Of a stretch of 64,000 nucleotides of DNA, positions 63,781 through 64,000 are shown one piece after another. The stretch covers positions 3,313,111 to 3,377,110 of the forward strand of contig MU058824.1 in assembly GCA_013265495.1 (NCBI GenBank). The letters are read 5' to 3'. Each line of letters opens with the position of its first letter. Position 1 is the stretch's first letter. The notes beneath the pieces are model-generated. The model was given only the letters and a program-made list of their open reading frames with translations, made no database searches and was not told the origin of the DNA. This DNA comes from Vicugna vicugna (Eukaryota). The position numbers and the translations under genes were made by a program.

Positions 63781-64000
63781 AGGAGCTAAAGATCATCTGG
63801 AACTCAGAGGTGTGGGGGCAGTCTGGTCTGTACCATGTGGATGGACTAAGAATGGGTGAACAGTGATTTCCCCCGAAGACATTAGTAGACAGACCCCCCA
63901 AAAAATGTCCTTTGGAGACAGTATTTGAATATTGATTTGTGGGGAGATGTTAACAAGTTTCAAATTCTAGTTATTACTGTGTAACAAAACACTTGAAAGC

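Overview
Mammalian genomic DNA, probably camelid, judging by several copies of a tRNA-derived SINE resembling Vic-1. It holds three genes in the order known from human 9p13. (1) The 3' nine exons of FBXO10 (+ strand, 1-18947, poly(A) signal 20604), encoding parallel beta-helix (PbH1/CASH) repeats and a C-terminal CaaX motif CTIL. (2) The complete 12-exon POLR1E gene (PAF53/RPA49; - strand, 44175-27544), whose exons splice to 1260 nt = 419 aa + stop. Its intron 7 is a GT-AG U12-type minor-spliceosome intron. (3) A CpG-island promoter, non-coding first exon and start of intron 1 assigned to ZBTB5 by synteny (+ strand; CDS lies beyond the window). The remainder is intronic or intergenic and rich in L1, L2, MIR, MLT1, Tigger/MER and SINE relics. 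I found no convincing novel biological system. The best observations are the U12 intron, an L1 with its 5' end retained but ORF1 deleted, disruption of the human long POLR1E N-terminal isoform, promoter motif architecture and nested or duplicated repeats. Gene and repeat-family names come from recognition, not database searches.
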